Part shown: positions 9,974 to 19,862 of the stretch, piece by piece
Numbering within the stretch: the stretch's first letter is position 1
How the letters are laid out: every line of letters starts with the position of its first letter
Source: Pseudomonadota bacterium
GTDB taxonomy: Bacteria > SAR324 > NAC60-12
Direction of reading: 5' to 3'
Length of the DNA: 64,000 nucleotides
NCBI GenBank assembly: GCA_004213175.1
Contig: SHAT01000002.1
Location: 9,767 to 73,766, forward strand
Notes under the pieces: generated by a model
What the model was told of the DNA's origin: nothing
Seen by the model: the letters and a program-made list of their open reading frames with translations, nothing else
The model's database searches: none
Position numbers and translations under genes: made by a program

Positions 9974-11125
9974 CTATCGCGAACCAATTTGTCTTTGTAA
10001 TTGTGGATGTTCACGTCGAAGTCTTTCAATGCGTCCAAGTCCTTTTGCAAAAAGCAGGTTCTCCGGATCAGACTGCCAGGCCTCTCTGTAGGTAGTCTGG
10101 GCAAGTCCATAGTCTCCTATTGCTTCAAAGCAAAGTCCTAGGTTATATAGATCATTTGGATCAGGATTTTCGGCAGTAACCTGCTGCAATTTATCTATTG
10201 CTAAATCGTAAGCACCCGCCTCAATCAAAATTTTCGCATTGGTTAAGCTGCCTTCAGCAATAGGGTAGCTAACAACTTTTTCTGTGACAGCAACTCGACG
10301 TACAAATCCGCTTGCAATTGAAAGCGCCATATCCGCAATCATTTGGTCAAATGAAGGAAGAACATCTTCGGAGCTTTCAATACTGTTAGCCTTTGATTTT
10401 TTCGTTGATGATAATACTGAGGTGAAATTTTTTGAAATCTGCCGAAAACTTTCTTCGCTCCTTCCGCCAATTCGCTGAGAGTAAGTTCTAGTCTCAAAAG
10501 TAGTTGCGACCACTTCTGTAGGCAACAAACGAGTCATTTTCATTTCAAGTCCTAGTGTACCACTTGTTGATTTATAGGGCCACCAAACCACTTGATCAAC
10601 AGTCAAATTCAGTCCGATACTATTTCTGGATCGAGGTGGGCGGAAATACTCCAGACTTTCTTTGCTTAAGTCAACTCCATCTGTGCGTTCAATTTCAAGC
10701 CAGAGTTTTCCATTGATAACTGCGTCAACATTTTTAGTTTTGTAACCACGTACTGAAACCAATCGCTGAAGTGCAGCGTCATTTTCCAGCTTTTCAAATT
10801 CATCGCTAAAAATAACTTTAAAGTACGGAGTAGCAGTTAACAGATTTATTACTCTTGCTCTTACTGAGCGACTAATGGATTTTTTTTGATCCTCAGTATG
10901 TAAGACAGGATGGGTTTGCCAAAGACCGTTTCGTTCCGTTTTATATTTTAAAATAATACTCCCTATCTCAAAATTTCCTACCGCTACAGTTTTAATTTTA
11001 CTAGTATTTATTTCTGCGGGTGAAAGTACATTAAGTGTTGCTTTCGCACAACCAGATACTAATAGAACCGATATAAGAAACATAAACAATAAAAAACTAT
11101 AGGCGTGATAATTTAAAAATTTCAT
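9974..11125 (-). CDS. Lipoprotein with C-terminal TPR module (paralog 2 of 3)
   Basis: Lipobox LVSGC. C-terminal LYNLGLCFEAIGDYGLAQTTYREAWQSDPEN is a TPR-like motif shared with the neighbouring paralogs. Confidence 0.6.
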   Translation of the reverse strand: MKFLNYHAYSFLLFMFLISVLLVSGCAKATLNVLSPAEINTSKIKTVAVGNFEIGSIILKYKTERNGLWQTHPVLHTEDQKKSISRSVRARVINLLTATPYFKVIFSDEFEKLENDAALQRLVSVRGYKTKNVDAVINGKLWLEIERTDGVDLSKESLEYFRPPRSRNSIGLNLTVDQVVWWPYKSTSGTLGLEMKMTRLLPTEVVATTFETRTYSQRIGGRSEESFRQISKNFTSVLSSTKKSKANSIESSEDVLPSFDQMIADMALSIASGFVRRVAVTEKVVSYPIAEGSLTNAKILIEAGAYDLAIDKLQQVTAENPDPNDLYNLGLCFEAIGDYGLAQTTYREAWQSDPENLLFAKGLGRIERLRREHPQLQRQIGSR

Positions 11126-11137
11126 TGTTTCACTTTC

Positions 11138-12436
11138 TTATTTTTGAGTTTGTGCGGCCAATGTTTTAGTTTCAGAAAGATAACGACGGGTTCGTCCAAT
11201 TCCCTGTGCATAAAGTTTTGTGCCCGGACTTTTCTCAAGTGCAGTAATGTAAAATCTGCGGGCATCTTCGTAATCTTCGGGACTTAAGGCTCCTGATTCA
11301 TAAGCTAAACCTAAATTATACCAATCCTGAGATTCTCTTTTTTCAGCTGGAATTGCCTCGATAATCTGCTGGGTTTTTTGGAATTTTCCATCTTTGAGTA
11401 GATTTACTGCTTCTTCTCTACCTCCGTCTGCAACCTCTACTTCAACCATTTGCTTGTATGGAGAAATTGTGCGGATGAATGATTCCAAAGTCCTCTTCAC
11501 CAATAGCTTTATCACCTGTCGTTTTTCTTTTGGTAACAGGTCATAGATATCTGGGCTTGCCAATCCTTTTGGCCCATAAAAAATTTGTTTTGGATTGCTG
11601 CGTGATGCTAAAGCAATCTGGCGGTTAGGTATTGGGAAAATAGGAATCCTAGTGATACTGACCAGACTTCCTAAAGTTAGAGATATGAGATGGCTTTCTT
11701 TGATGTTGCGGTAGGAATCTTTTTCGGTAATACTGCGACCGAAACTGGCTGAATCAGCACGTATTGCAACTGTTTCCCTAATTAGGCCAATGATGTTAAA
11801 ACTGAAATTTGCCTGAGCAAAAAGTGAAATGTTTTTGTAATCATAAATCCGCACAACTTGATTTTTAGGCGGTATGCCTTCATTTAAACCAGCCAGAGAT
11901 AATGCTGATGAAACGGCAAATTCCGCTGCGTTTCCAGCAAAATTTCCTCTCCGGCAAACATATCCACGCCATTTATCCAAAGTAATGGCTTCATTTGTAA
12001 TTGCTGCTGCACCTGCTGAGGACAGCCTCCCACTTATACCACCAGTACAAGTGGCAAGGTCAGTAAACTGTCCTTGGTCTACTTCCCCGCCGCTTATAAC
12101 CTCTCCTTGAATTATCGCGACCGTTTCCTTTTCTGGATTAAATTGGCTACCATCTAAAGTATTTACTACGCTGACTTTGAAACGTCCGAAACGATTGAGT
12201 GTATCCGCTAGTTGTTGGATAACTTGATTTTTTATGCCAAGTTTATCATTCGTTTCATCCACCAGATCTCCACGTATAAACACTTTTTTTACTTCAAGAG
12301 GGACCGTTATTCTGGAAGGTCTTTGTACTTCAAACTGTGAAAAATTTTGTCCGGTACAGGCAGATATAAATACTGAGGCGTACAGGCAAAATAATGCTAC
12401 AAAATATTGTGCGTGATTTAAATATATTTTTTTCAT
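11138..12436 (-). CDS. Lipoprotein with C-terminal ISPY+TPR module (paralog 1 of 3)
   Basis: Lipobox FISAC. The C-terminus has TISPYKQMVEVEVADGG...WYNLGLAYE...YITALEKSPG. A Gly/Ala-rich middle region is also present. Confidence 0.6.
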   Translation of the reverse strand: MKKIYLNHAQYFVALFCLYASVFISACTGQNFSQFEVQRPSRITVPLEVKKVFIRGDLVDETNDKLGIKNQVIQQLADTLNRFGRFKVSVVNTLDGSQFNPEKETVAIIQGEVISGGEVDQGQFTDLATCTGGISGRLSSAGAAAITNEAITLDKWRGYVCRRGNFAGNAAEFAVSSALSLAGLNEGIPPKNQVVRIYDYKNISLFAQANFSFNIIGLIRETVAIRADSASFGRSITEKDSYRNIKESHLISLTLGSLVSITRIPIFPIPNRQIALASRSNPKQIFYGPKGLASPDIYDLLPKEKRQVIKLLVKRTLESFIRTISPYKQMVEVEVADGGREEAVNLLKDGKFQKTQQIIEAIPAEKRESQDWYNLGLAYESGALSPEDYEDARRFYITALEKSPGTKLYAQGIGRTRRYLSETKTLAAQTQK

Positions 12437-12715
12437 GTTTGCATCCTGCCTACTTAATTACAGTTAGTCAATAGTGTACACAACTTTAATGAAAATTGTG
12501 GCAAAAATCATATTGATTTTGTATCAAACCCTATCGATTTTTAAATGTAATTCCCTAAATTACGGTTTGTTTCTGAAATTGTCCTTTCCAGTAAACTCAA
12601 TTATTACTTCTTGCCGTAAACAGTCCGGAGATTATGTTTTGAAATATCCTGATCATCCCAAATTTTCTAGACTACATTCTACTGAATGGAGGGACAGTTT
12701 AACTCGATCCGTTAA

Positions 12716-12744
12716 TTGACAAGATGACAAAATATACGTAATAT
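12716..12744 (+). promoter_or_regulatory. Putative sigma-70 promoter for trpBA (TTGACA-17 nt-TAATAT)
   Basis: TTGACA at 12716-12721 and TAATAT at 12739-12744, about 50 nt upstream of the trpB ATG. Confidence 0.35.
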
Positions 12745-12794
12745 CTAAACCTAAATAGTAAACTAGAAAGTCAATAGAAACAATAAAGTTCAAC

Positions 12795-14060
12795 ATGACC
12801 GCAAAATCTTTAAACCCTGATGCTTCTGGTTATTATGGAGATTACGGGGGGATGTTCATTCCAGAAATATTACGTACTACTTTTGACGAGTTAATTGCTG
12901 CTTTCAACGAAGCCAAGTTAGACCCGAGATTTTGGCAAAGTTATGTGGACTTGATGCAGACTTATTCCTGCCGCCCTACCCCAATCACTCCACTACTAAA
13001 TTTTGCCGAGGCACTGGGTGGTAAGTTTCAGATTTATTGCAAGCGTGAAGATTTAAATCACACAGGTGCACACAAGGCAAATAATTGTATGGGACAGGGT
13101 TTGCTCGTTCAACGTATGGGCAAAAAACGAATAATTGCAGAAACAGGTGCTGGGCAGCACGGGGTAGCTTCCGCAACCATGGCCGCGAAAATGGGCCTTG
13201 AATGCACCGTTTATATGGGCGCGATTGATGTGGAACGTCAACGCCCAAATGTTTTCTGGATGGAACAACTTGGAGCAACTGTAGTTTCAGTTACCGAAGG
13301 CACAGCAACACTCAAGGATGCCATCAATGCTGCCATGCGCGACTGGGCGGAAAGTATGGAAACCACACATTATGTTTTAGGTACAACCTGTGGTCCACAC
13401 CCTTTTCCGGAAATGGTGGCCTGGTTCCAGTCAATCATTGGTCAGGAATCACGTCAACAAATGTTAAAAATGTACGGTAAATTACCCGACAAAATATATG
13501 CTTGTGTTGGGGGTGGTTCAAACGCCAGTGGAATCTTTCTGCCATTTCTGGAAGAAAAAGAGGTGGAACTGATCGGTGTTGAAGCAGGAGGTCACGGACT
13601 TGATTCTAAACTACACGCTGCACGTTTTTCCGGAGGAACAGTGGGAGTAGCACAGGGATACAAAACGTATTTTTTTCAAGACGACGAAGGACAAATGATG
13701 CATACGCATTCAATTGCGGCTGGGTTAGACTACATAGGGGTCAGCCCGATTCTGAGTCATCTCCATGATCAAAAGTGTATCCGTTTTACAGCAGCCACAG
13801 ATGATTCGGTTATTTCAGCTACAAAGTTGCTGATCCGTACAGAGGGGATAATCCCAGCTTTGGAGAGCGGGCACGCTTTTGCCGCAGTAGTTGAGGAGGC
13901 TCCAAACATCCCAGATGGAACTCAGGTTTTAATCAATCTTTCCGGACGTGGTGACAAAGATATTTTCAACATTGCTGAAGCCATCGGTGATGAAAAATGG
14001 GATGAGTTTTTGAGATCTAAGGCAAAAAGTAATGAGGTAAATTCCGTTTCCAAATTTTAA
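12795..14060 (+). CDS. trpB: Tryptophan synthase beta chain
   Basis: Canonical TrpB sequence (HTGAHKANN PLP-lysine motif, GGGSNA, GLDYIGVSP). 421 aa. Confidence 0.95.
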   Translation: MTAKSLNPDASGYYGDYGGMFIPEILRTTFDELIAAFNEAKLDPRFWQSYVDLMQTYSCRPTPITPLLNFAEALGGKFQIYCKREDLNHTGAHKANNCMGQGLLVQRMGKKRIIAETGAGQHGVASATMAAKMGLECTVYMGAIDVERQRPNVFWMEQLGATVVSVTEGTATLKDAINAAMRDWAESMETTHYVLGTTCGPHPFPEMVAWFQSIIGQESRQQMLKMYGKLPDKIYACVGGGSNASGIFLPFLEEKEVELIGVEAGGHGLDSKLHAARFSGGTVGVAQGYKTYFFQDDEGQMMHTHSIAAGLDYIGVSPILSHLHDQKCIRFTAATDDSVISATKLLIRTEGIIPALESGHAFAAVVEEAPNIPDGTQVLINLSGRGDKDIFNIAEAIGDEKWDEFLRSKAKSNEVNSVSKF

Positions 14061-14072
14061 ATTTACAATTTC

Positions 14073-14882
14073 ATGAACCTGACAAATTATTTAAAAAATC
14101 GACTCGATCCACTTTACGGTGGAATTGAAAATCCAGAAATCAAACGCAAAATTCTGCTTATGACCCACGTAGTGGTGGGTTATCCGTCTTTGGAAGCAAA
14201 TTGGAAAATGTTGGAAGCGATGGGTGAAGCAGATGTGGATTTGGTTGAGTTGCAGATGCCTTTCAGCGAACCGAGCGCCGACGGCCCTCTTTTTGTCAAA
14301 GCAAACCAAGAGGCACTCTTAAACGGTATGTGCTGGCAGAAATATTTTGACGTGATGACGCGTGCCAGCGATAACTTTGATTATCCGGTTTTGATGATGG
14401 GATATTATAATACTGCATTTGCCATGGGATTTGGAAATTACTGTTCAAACATTCGGACAAATGGTGGTGAGGGTTTTATCATTCCTGATTTGCCACTGGA
14501 AGAATTCGGTGATTTATTCGAGCATAGCAAAATTCATGAGCTTGACCCGATATTACTCTGTACTCCAACCAACACAGAGGAGCGAATGCGAAAAATATGT
14601 GGACATGGCAGTGGTTTTATTTACTGTGTTGCAAGAAAAGGAGTTACTGGTAAAAACACTGAACTGGACGTAAGCGCTGATAAATTTTTAGACCAATGCC
14701 GTCTCTATACCGATTTACCTTTGGCCTTGGGGTTTGGCTTATCAAAAGATGAAGATTTGCGCCGGTTACATGGTAAAGCTGAAATTGCAATCGTCGGTTC
14801 TGCTTTGTTGAAAACCTGGGAAACAGAGGGTGAAATCGGTTATCGTAAACATTTAATGTCTTTGGCTAGTGCGAGGGAATAA
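14073..14882 (+). CDS. trpA: Tryptophan synthase alpha chain
   Basis: 269 aa. Lies 12 nt downstream of trpB and has TrpA-like motifs (LQMPFSEPSADGP, GFGLS). Confidence 0.9.
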   Translation: MNLTNYLKNRLDPLYGGIENPEIKRKILLMTHVVVGYPSLEANWKMLEAMGEADVDLVELQMPFSEPSADGPLFVKANQEALLNGMCWQKYFDVMTRASDNFDYPVLMMGYYNTAFAMGFGNYCSNIRTNGGEGFIIPDLPLEEFGDLFEHSKIHELDPILLCTPTNTEERMRKICGHGSGFIYCVARKGVTGKNTELDVSADKFLDQCRLYTDLPLALGFGLSKDEDLRRLHGKAEIAIVGSALLKTWETEGEIGYRKHLMSLASARE

Positions 14883-14893
14883 TTTACACAACA

Positions 14894-15727
14894 ATGCCTA
14901 TACATATTAGTGACGCTGAGATCAGAGCTTATGCTAATGATGAAACGGTTTTGATAAAAAACCTTCTTAGCACGAATGAAGTTGAGGATCTGAGGTTAGG
15001 TGTCGATAAAAATATATCCAATCCTAGTTCTTGCTCCAAGATTACAAGTGATGGGAATGATCCAGGCTGGTTTCTTGAAGATTTTTGCACCTAGCAGGAA
15101 AATCCTGCATACCAGAGAATTATCCTTGAAAGTCAAATTTCAGACATGGTGGCAAAACTGATGAGCTCTTAAAAGGTGGGTCTGTATCACGACCACATGC
15201 TGGTGAAAAATCTGGAACCAAGCAAAGGACTCCATAGCATCAGGACCTACCGTATTATAACATTGAAGGAAGACAAAATGTCAGTTTTTGTACCTGTTGA
15301 TCCAGTACCACTTAAATGGACACTTGAATTTGTTGCCGCATCACACCTAAGAGACTGGTATTTGCCGCGGACATTTCTCAAAAAAGAGCCAAAGTGGTTT
15401 GCTGAAGTGAGTCTCATGGAAGCTCCAGATATCGAAGCTGATCAGGATAAATATCGTATTTTAAGCTGCTCTCTTGAACCGGGAGCTGCAGTAGCGTTTC
15501 ATATTCTCACGTTGCATGCTGGCCCTGGCACAGAGGTTCTGTGTTGTGTTTTTCTCTACGTAAGCTTTGAGATGATTTCAGGTATACCCCATGCATTTGG
15601 AAAACTTCTTCAGAGTTCCCAGGACTCTCCGCAGAACTTAGAGATGGTGTACCGTTGGATCATAAATTTTTCCCGATTATCTGGCCTACAAATTTTGCAT
15701 AATTTTTTCTTCATAAAAACCCAATGA
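14894..15727 (+). pseudogene. Phytanoyl-CoA dioxygenase (PhyH)-like 2OG-Fe(II) oxygenase gene interrupted by two in-frame stops
   Basis: ORFs 14894-15094 and 15176-15727 share one frame. They are separated only by TAG (15092-15094) and TAA (15170-15172), and the 26 codons between them are open. The combined ~277 aa matches PhyH length and carries a C-terminal HILTLHAGPG-type iron-ligand region. Confidence 0.5.
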
Positions 15728-18501
15728 CCGTTCCTCAATTAGAAACACCGATGATGCGTCAATTCAATGCCATCAAAAAGGAACATCCCGACAAACTACT
15801 ATTTTATCGAATGGGAGATTTTTATGAAATGTTCGGGGATGACGCGATTGTAGGGGCAAAAGTTTTGCAAATTGCCCTGACTTCGCGGGATAAAAAAAAG
15901 TCGCTACCTATGTGCGGTGTGCCTTACCGTGCATACGAACAATACTTAAACAAACTTACGATGGCAGGTTACAAAGTGGTCATTTGTGAGCAAATGGAAG
16001 ACCCTGCCAAAGCACAAGGTCTAGTCGCGCGAGATGTTGTCAGAGTCGTTACTCCCGGAACTACAGTTTCACCTCAATTGATTGATCCCGACCGTAATCA
16101 TTATTTACTGGCAATTAACGTGGAATTACGTTCCCAATGCTTGGGCATAGCCTTTGCTGATCTGTCAACTGGAGAGTTTGAAGTTGTAGAGTTTAATCTG
16201 CATGAAACTCAACGATTCTACGATTTCATCATACAATTAGCACCTCAGGAAATTCTCCTCACACAAAGCCGTTCTGAAGCAGAATCAATGTTTCTTGAAG
16301 AACTAATGCAGCGAATGACACAATTCTTAGATGAAAGGAACACCTCAGAAGTTAGTTCAGGGGTCTCGGAAAATGAAAAAATGAGAGTTGCCGACGGACA
16401 TGTAACTCCATCAACCGGACTTTTTAATTTTATTGATCCATATCATTTTGATAAAGAAGCAACTAAGCGTATTTTAAAAAAACATTTTGAAACGCTAAAT
16501 CTTTCAGGGTTTGGAGTAGATGATTTACCACATGCGATATCTGCCGCTGGTGCATTATTGCGTTATTTGGAAGAAACTCAAAAATGCGACTTGAGTCATT
16601 TTACAGCTTTGCGGAGGCATTCTTTTGAAAAAACAATGCTGCTGGATGATGCTACAGTTGTGAATCTTGAGCTGTTTGATAGTCAGTCCGGAACAAGAAA
16701 ACATACACTTTTCCATATTCTTAATTACACTCAGACCCCAATGGGTGCACGGCTTTTCAGGCAGTGGCTACGTCAACCACTGCTTGATCTTGAGGCAATA
16801 AATGAGCGTTTTGACAGTGTCGAAGAGTTTAGAGTTAATTTTATGCTCTGTGAAAAATTACGTGAAAGTTTGGGTAGTATCCAGGATCTACCTAGAATCA
16901 TGGGGCGTATCAATTTGCCAGTCGCAGGTATAAATGACATTGTGGCTCTACGTGAATCTCTGAAACCTGTTCAGAAATTGCCGCTTTATTTGGTGGAATT
17001 CCAATCGCCATTATTAAAAATAATTTCCGATAATTTTGACCCGTTAACAAAATTGTTAGATCTGCTGCATCGTCAATTCTTCGAAACACCCTCCGTTAAA
17101 CTAAGGGAAGGTGGATTTATGGCTGCAGGTATTTCAGAAGAATTGGACGAACTACGTAACATTTCGAGGAACTCAAAACAATTACTCAACGAAATGTTGC
17201 TGAATGAACGTGAGAAAACGGGAATAGGCTCATTAAAGATCAGTTACAACAAAGTATTTGGTTACTACCTTGAAGTCAGTAATGTTCATAAAGCTTCAGT
17301 TCCAGATAATTACATCCGAAAACAGACTCTGGTAAATGCTGAGCGATATATTACTTCTGAGCTTAAAGAATTTGAGGAAAAAATATTCACTGCAGAAGAT
17401 CGCATTGGAGAATTGGAGTATGAACTTTTCCAAAAGTTAAAAACAGAGATTAACACAAACACCAGACAAGTTCAGAAAACCGCACAGGATATTGCCATCG
17501 TAGATACGCTGGCTGGATTGGCTTACGCAGCAGAACACTATCAATATGTACGACCTGTTCTGCATCCACTGCAGGCACCCAGAAAATTATATTTAAAAGA
17601 CTGTCGCCATCCTGTCATTGAACAAATTGATTTGGGTGAAGTTTTTGTGCCGAATGATTTGGATTTAGTAGAAAATAAATGCCGTATCATGTTAATCACA
17701 GGACCTAACATGGCAGGCAAATCTACTTACATGCGTCAAGTTGCCTTAAATGTACTCATGGCGCAATGTGGAAGTTTTGTTCCTGCAACGAGTGCAGAAA
17801 TTTCTGTAGTAGATCGCATATTTACACGTGTTGGAGCTTCTGATAATTTAACTCTCGGTCAAAGTACTTTTATGCTGGAAATGAATGAAGCAGCAGCAAT
17901 ATTAAACAATGCGACTGACCGCAGTTTAATAATTCTGGATGAAATCGGGAGGGGGACAAGCACTTTTGACGGAATCAGCATTGCCTGGGCAATTGTAGAA
18001 CATTTGCAAAAATTGAATGCTCTCACGCTTTGTGCTACTCATTACCATGAATTGACTGCTCTTGCGCAAGAGTTGGACTCAGTTGCAAATTTCAGCATAC
18101 GTTTAGAGGAAGAAGGAGAACAAATTATTTTTCTTCGTAAAATCGTTCCCGGAGAAGCTGATAAAAGCTATGGAGTGCAAGTGGCAAGACTTGCTGGTCT
18201 GCCAAAAAGTTTGGTAAAACGTGCGCTGGAGGTGATGGAACAATTAGAAGAGACGTCAATGGTCCACCATTTGCCTATACCTATAGATGAGGCAGAGCAA
18301 AAACAAGAATTATTGACTGAAGCTAGTTATAAATCGAACAATTTGCTGAGTGCATCGGAAGATACAGCTAATCAATTGTCTCTTTTTCCAGAAGAATCTG
18401 TCTATCTGGATGAATTGCGTAAATTAAATTTAAATGAAATGACACCACTGCAGGCTTTAAATTATCTACATGAAATAACTCATAGACTGCGGCAAGAATG
18501 A
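15724..18501 (+). CDS. mutS: DNA mismatch repair protein MutS
   Basis: 925 aa. The N-terminal mismatch-binding motif is GDFYEMFGDDA and the Walker A is GPNMAGKSTYMRQ. The C-terminal ABC ATPase is MutS-type. Confidence 0.95.
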   Translation: MTVPQLETPMMRQFNAIKKEHPDKLLFYRMGDFYEMFGDDAIVGAKVLQIALTSRDKKKSLPMCGVPYRAYEQYLNKLTMAGYKVVICEQMEDPAKAQGLVARDVVRVVTPGTTVSPQLIDPDRNHYLLAINVELRSQCLGIAFADLSTGEFEVVEFNLHETQRFYDFIIQLAPQEILLTQSRSEAESMFLEELMQRMTQFLDERNTSEVSSGVSENEKMRVADGHVTPSTGLFNFIDPYHFDKEATKRILKKHFETLNLSGFGVDDLPHAISAAGALLRYLEETQKCDLSHFTALRRHSFEKTMLLDDATVVNLELFDSQSGTRKHTLFHILNYTQTPMGARLFRQWLRQPLLDLEAINERFDSVEEFRVNFMLCEKLRESLGSIQDLPRIMGRINLPVAGINDIVALRESLKPVQKLPLYLVEFQSPLLKIISDNFDPLTKLLDLLHRQFFETPSVKLREGGFMAAGISEELDELRNISRNSKQLLNEMLLNEREKTGIGSLKISYNKVFGYYLEVSNVHKASVPDNYIRKQTLVNAERYITSELKEFEEKIFTAEDRIGELEYELFQKLKTEINTNTRQVQKTAQDIAIVDTLAGLAYAAEHYQYVRPVLHPLQAPRKLYLKDCRHPVIEQIDLGEVFVPNDLDLVENKCRIMLITGPNMAGKSTYMRQVALNVLMAQCGSFVPATSAEISVVDRIFTRVGASDNLTLGQSTFMLEMNEAAAILNNATDRSLIILDEIGRGTSTFDGISIAWAIVEHLQKLNALTLCATHYHELTALAQELDSVANFSIRLEEEGEQIIFLRKIVPGEADKSYGVQVARLAGLPKSLVKRALEVMEQLEETSMVHHLPIPIDEAEQKQELLTEASYKSNNLLSASEDTANQLSLFPEESVYLDELRKLNLNEMTPLQALNYLHEITHRLRQE

Positions 18502-18547
18502 TAAAATTGAGTTAGACAATTTTAAACAAGAAATTGGAAAACCTGAA

Positions 18548-19051
18548 ATGAGAATTGCTGTATACCCTACTAGTGCAAATCCTCCAACGTATGGTCACGC
18601 AGACATCCTAGTACGAACAAGTAAACTATTTGATCATGTTTATTGGTCTGCAGCCATGAATTCTGAGAAGGAATATATATTCACTGAAGAGGGACGAGTA
18701 AAGATGATGAATGAATATGTGAAACATTATGATTTAAAAAATGTCACTGTAGAAGCTTTTAGAGGTTCAACTATTCGTTACGTACAGCGACGTAAAGCTC
18801 AAATAATTGTAAAAGGTTTACGCAGTCTTGAAGATTTTCAGGGCGAATTTCAACAGGCAGTTGGTAACAAGGGTATTGATCAGGATATAGAAACTTTTTG
18901 CTTATTTGGTAAGCCGGATCTTTTTGCCATAAGTTCTACTCTTGTTCGTGAGTTAGCATTTATGGGAGAGTCAATCGAAGCCTATGTACTTCCTTCAGTG
19001 GCAGATATTGTGGCAAAAGTTCTTCAAAATAATCCTAATAAAACAGCATAA
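18548..19051 (+). CDS. coaD: Phosphopantetheine adenylyltransferase
   Basis: 167 aa with a nucleotidyltransferase T/HxGH-type motif (YPTSANPPTYGH) and PPAT-like overall similarity. Confidence 0.8.
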   Translation: MRIAVYPTSANPPTYGHADILVRTSKLFDHVYWSAAMNSEKEYIFTEEGRVKMMNEYVKHYDLKNVTVEAFRGSTIRYVQRRKAQIIVKGLRSLEDFQGEFQQAVGNKGIDQDIETFCLFGKPDLFAISSTLVRELAFMGESIEAYVLPSVADIVAKVLQNNPNKTA

Positions 19052-19714
19052 ATGAGCATAATCAAACTACGTATAGACAATCTGGTATTTGGTGGATTAG
19101 GTTTTGTTTTCTTGCTGTCCATAATGACAGCCGATTTCAGGGATCCTACAGTTTTTAACCAGTTATATCCTTCGGAAGGAATTCAAAACTGGATCGGTTT
19201 GATCGGCGCGATTATAGGAGGTTCAATGTTAGAAATCTTTGGCCCGTCAGCCTTATTACTACCATGGCTATTTGTGCGTATATTTTTGCACCAACCACAT
19301 AGTGTTTCTGTTTTGGCAGGAATTTATTATTCTTTTGTTCTCGTTTTTTTAATTTCAATATTCCATGAAATTGCCATACAGTTCACTCTCATTGAACCCG
19401 GCAATTCAGTTTTTTTGTGGCAAAATGGCTATTTAGGCAAATTAGCTTTAGAATGGATCAAACACTCGATGGAACTTGTTTTTAGTTTACCTGCTCTTGT
19501 GGTTATGTTTTTTATCTCTGTATTACGCATGAAACGACTACTTTCTCCACTGCCTTTATTTTGGGGACTGTTGTCTGGAATTCAAAATTTAATCACACAT
19601 TTTCTAAACAAAATCATCTCTCCTCCAATGCCTGAATCTCAACCTAAAGAGGATCAGGTTAACTTAAAAGGACATTCATTTTTTGAAGATAATTCCTCAG
19701 CATATAAAATCTAA
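19052..19714 (+). CDS. Hypothetical polytopic membrane protein
   Basis: 220 aa with about five hydrophobic helices. It starts immediately after the coaD stop. Confidence 0.45.
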   Translation: MSIIKLRIDNLVFGGLGFVFLLSIMTADFRDPTVFNQLYPSEGIQNWIGLIGAIIGGSMLEIFGPSALLLPWLFVRIFLHQPHSVSVLAGIYYSFVLVFLISIFHEIAIQFTLIEPGNSVFLWQNGYLGKLALEWIKHSMELVFSLPALVVMFFISVLRMKRLLSPLPLFWGLLSGIQNLITHFLNKIISPPMPESQPKEDQVNLKGHSFFEDNSSAYKI

Positions 19715-19862
19715 TTGCAGAAGAAGTCTTTCCGTCCTTTTCTGATAATCTTTACAATCTTGATTTTTCCATAGATTCGAGTCATTATTATTTAACAATT
19801 CTGGATCCTTCCAAAATATTATTTTTTCAAACTTTAAAAAATTTTTTGTTAACAGAGATGAA

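Noticed and set aside
12474-12719. 81-aa ORF upstream of trpB as a possible trp leader peptide or attenuator
   Set aside because: It has no tandem Trp codons and no obvious alternative terminator/antiterminator hairpins. The region is better explained by a TTGACA/TAATAT promoter.
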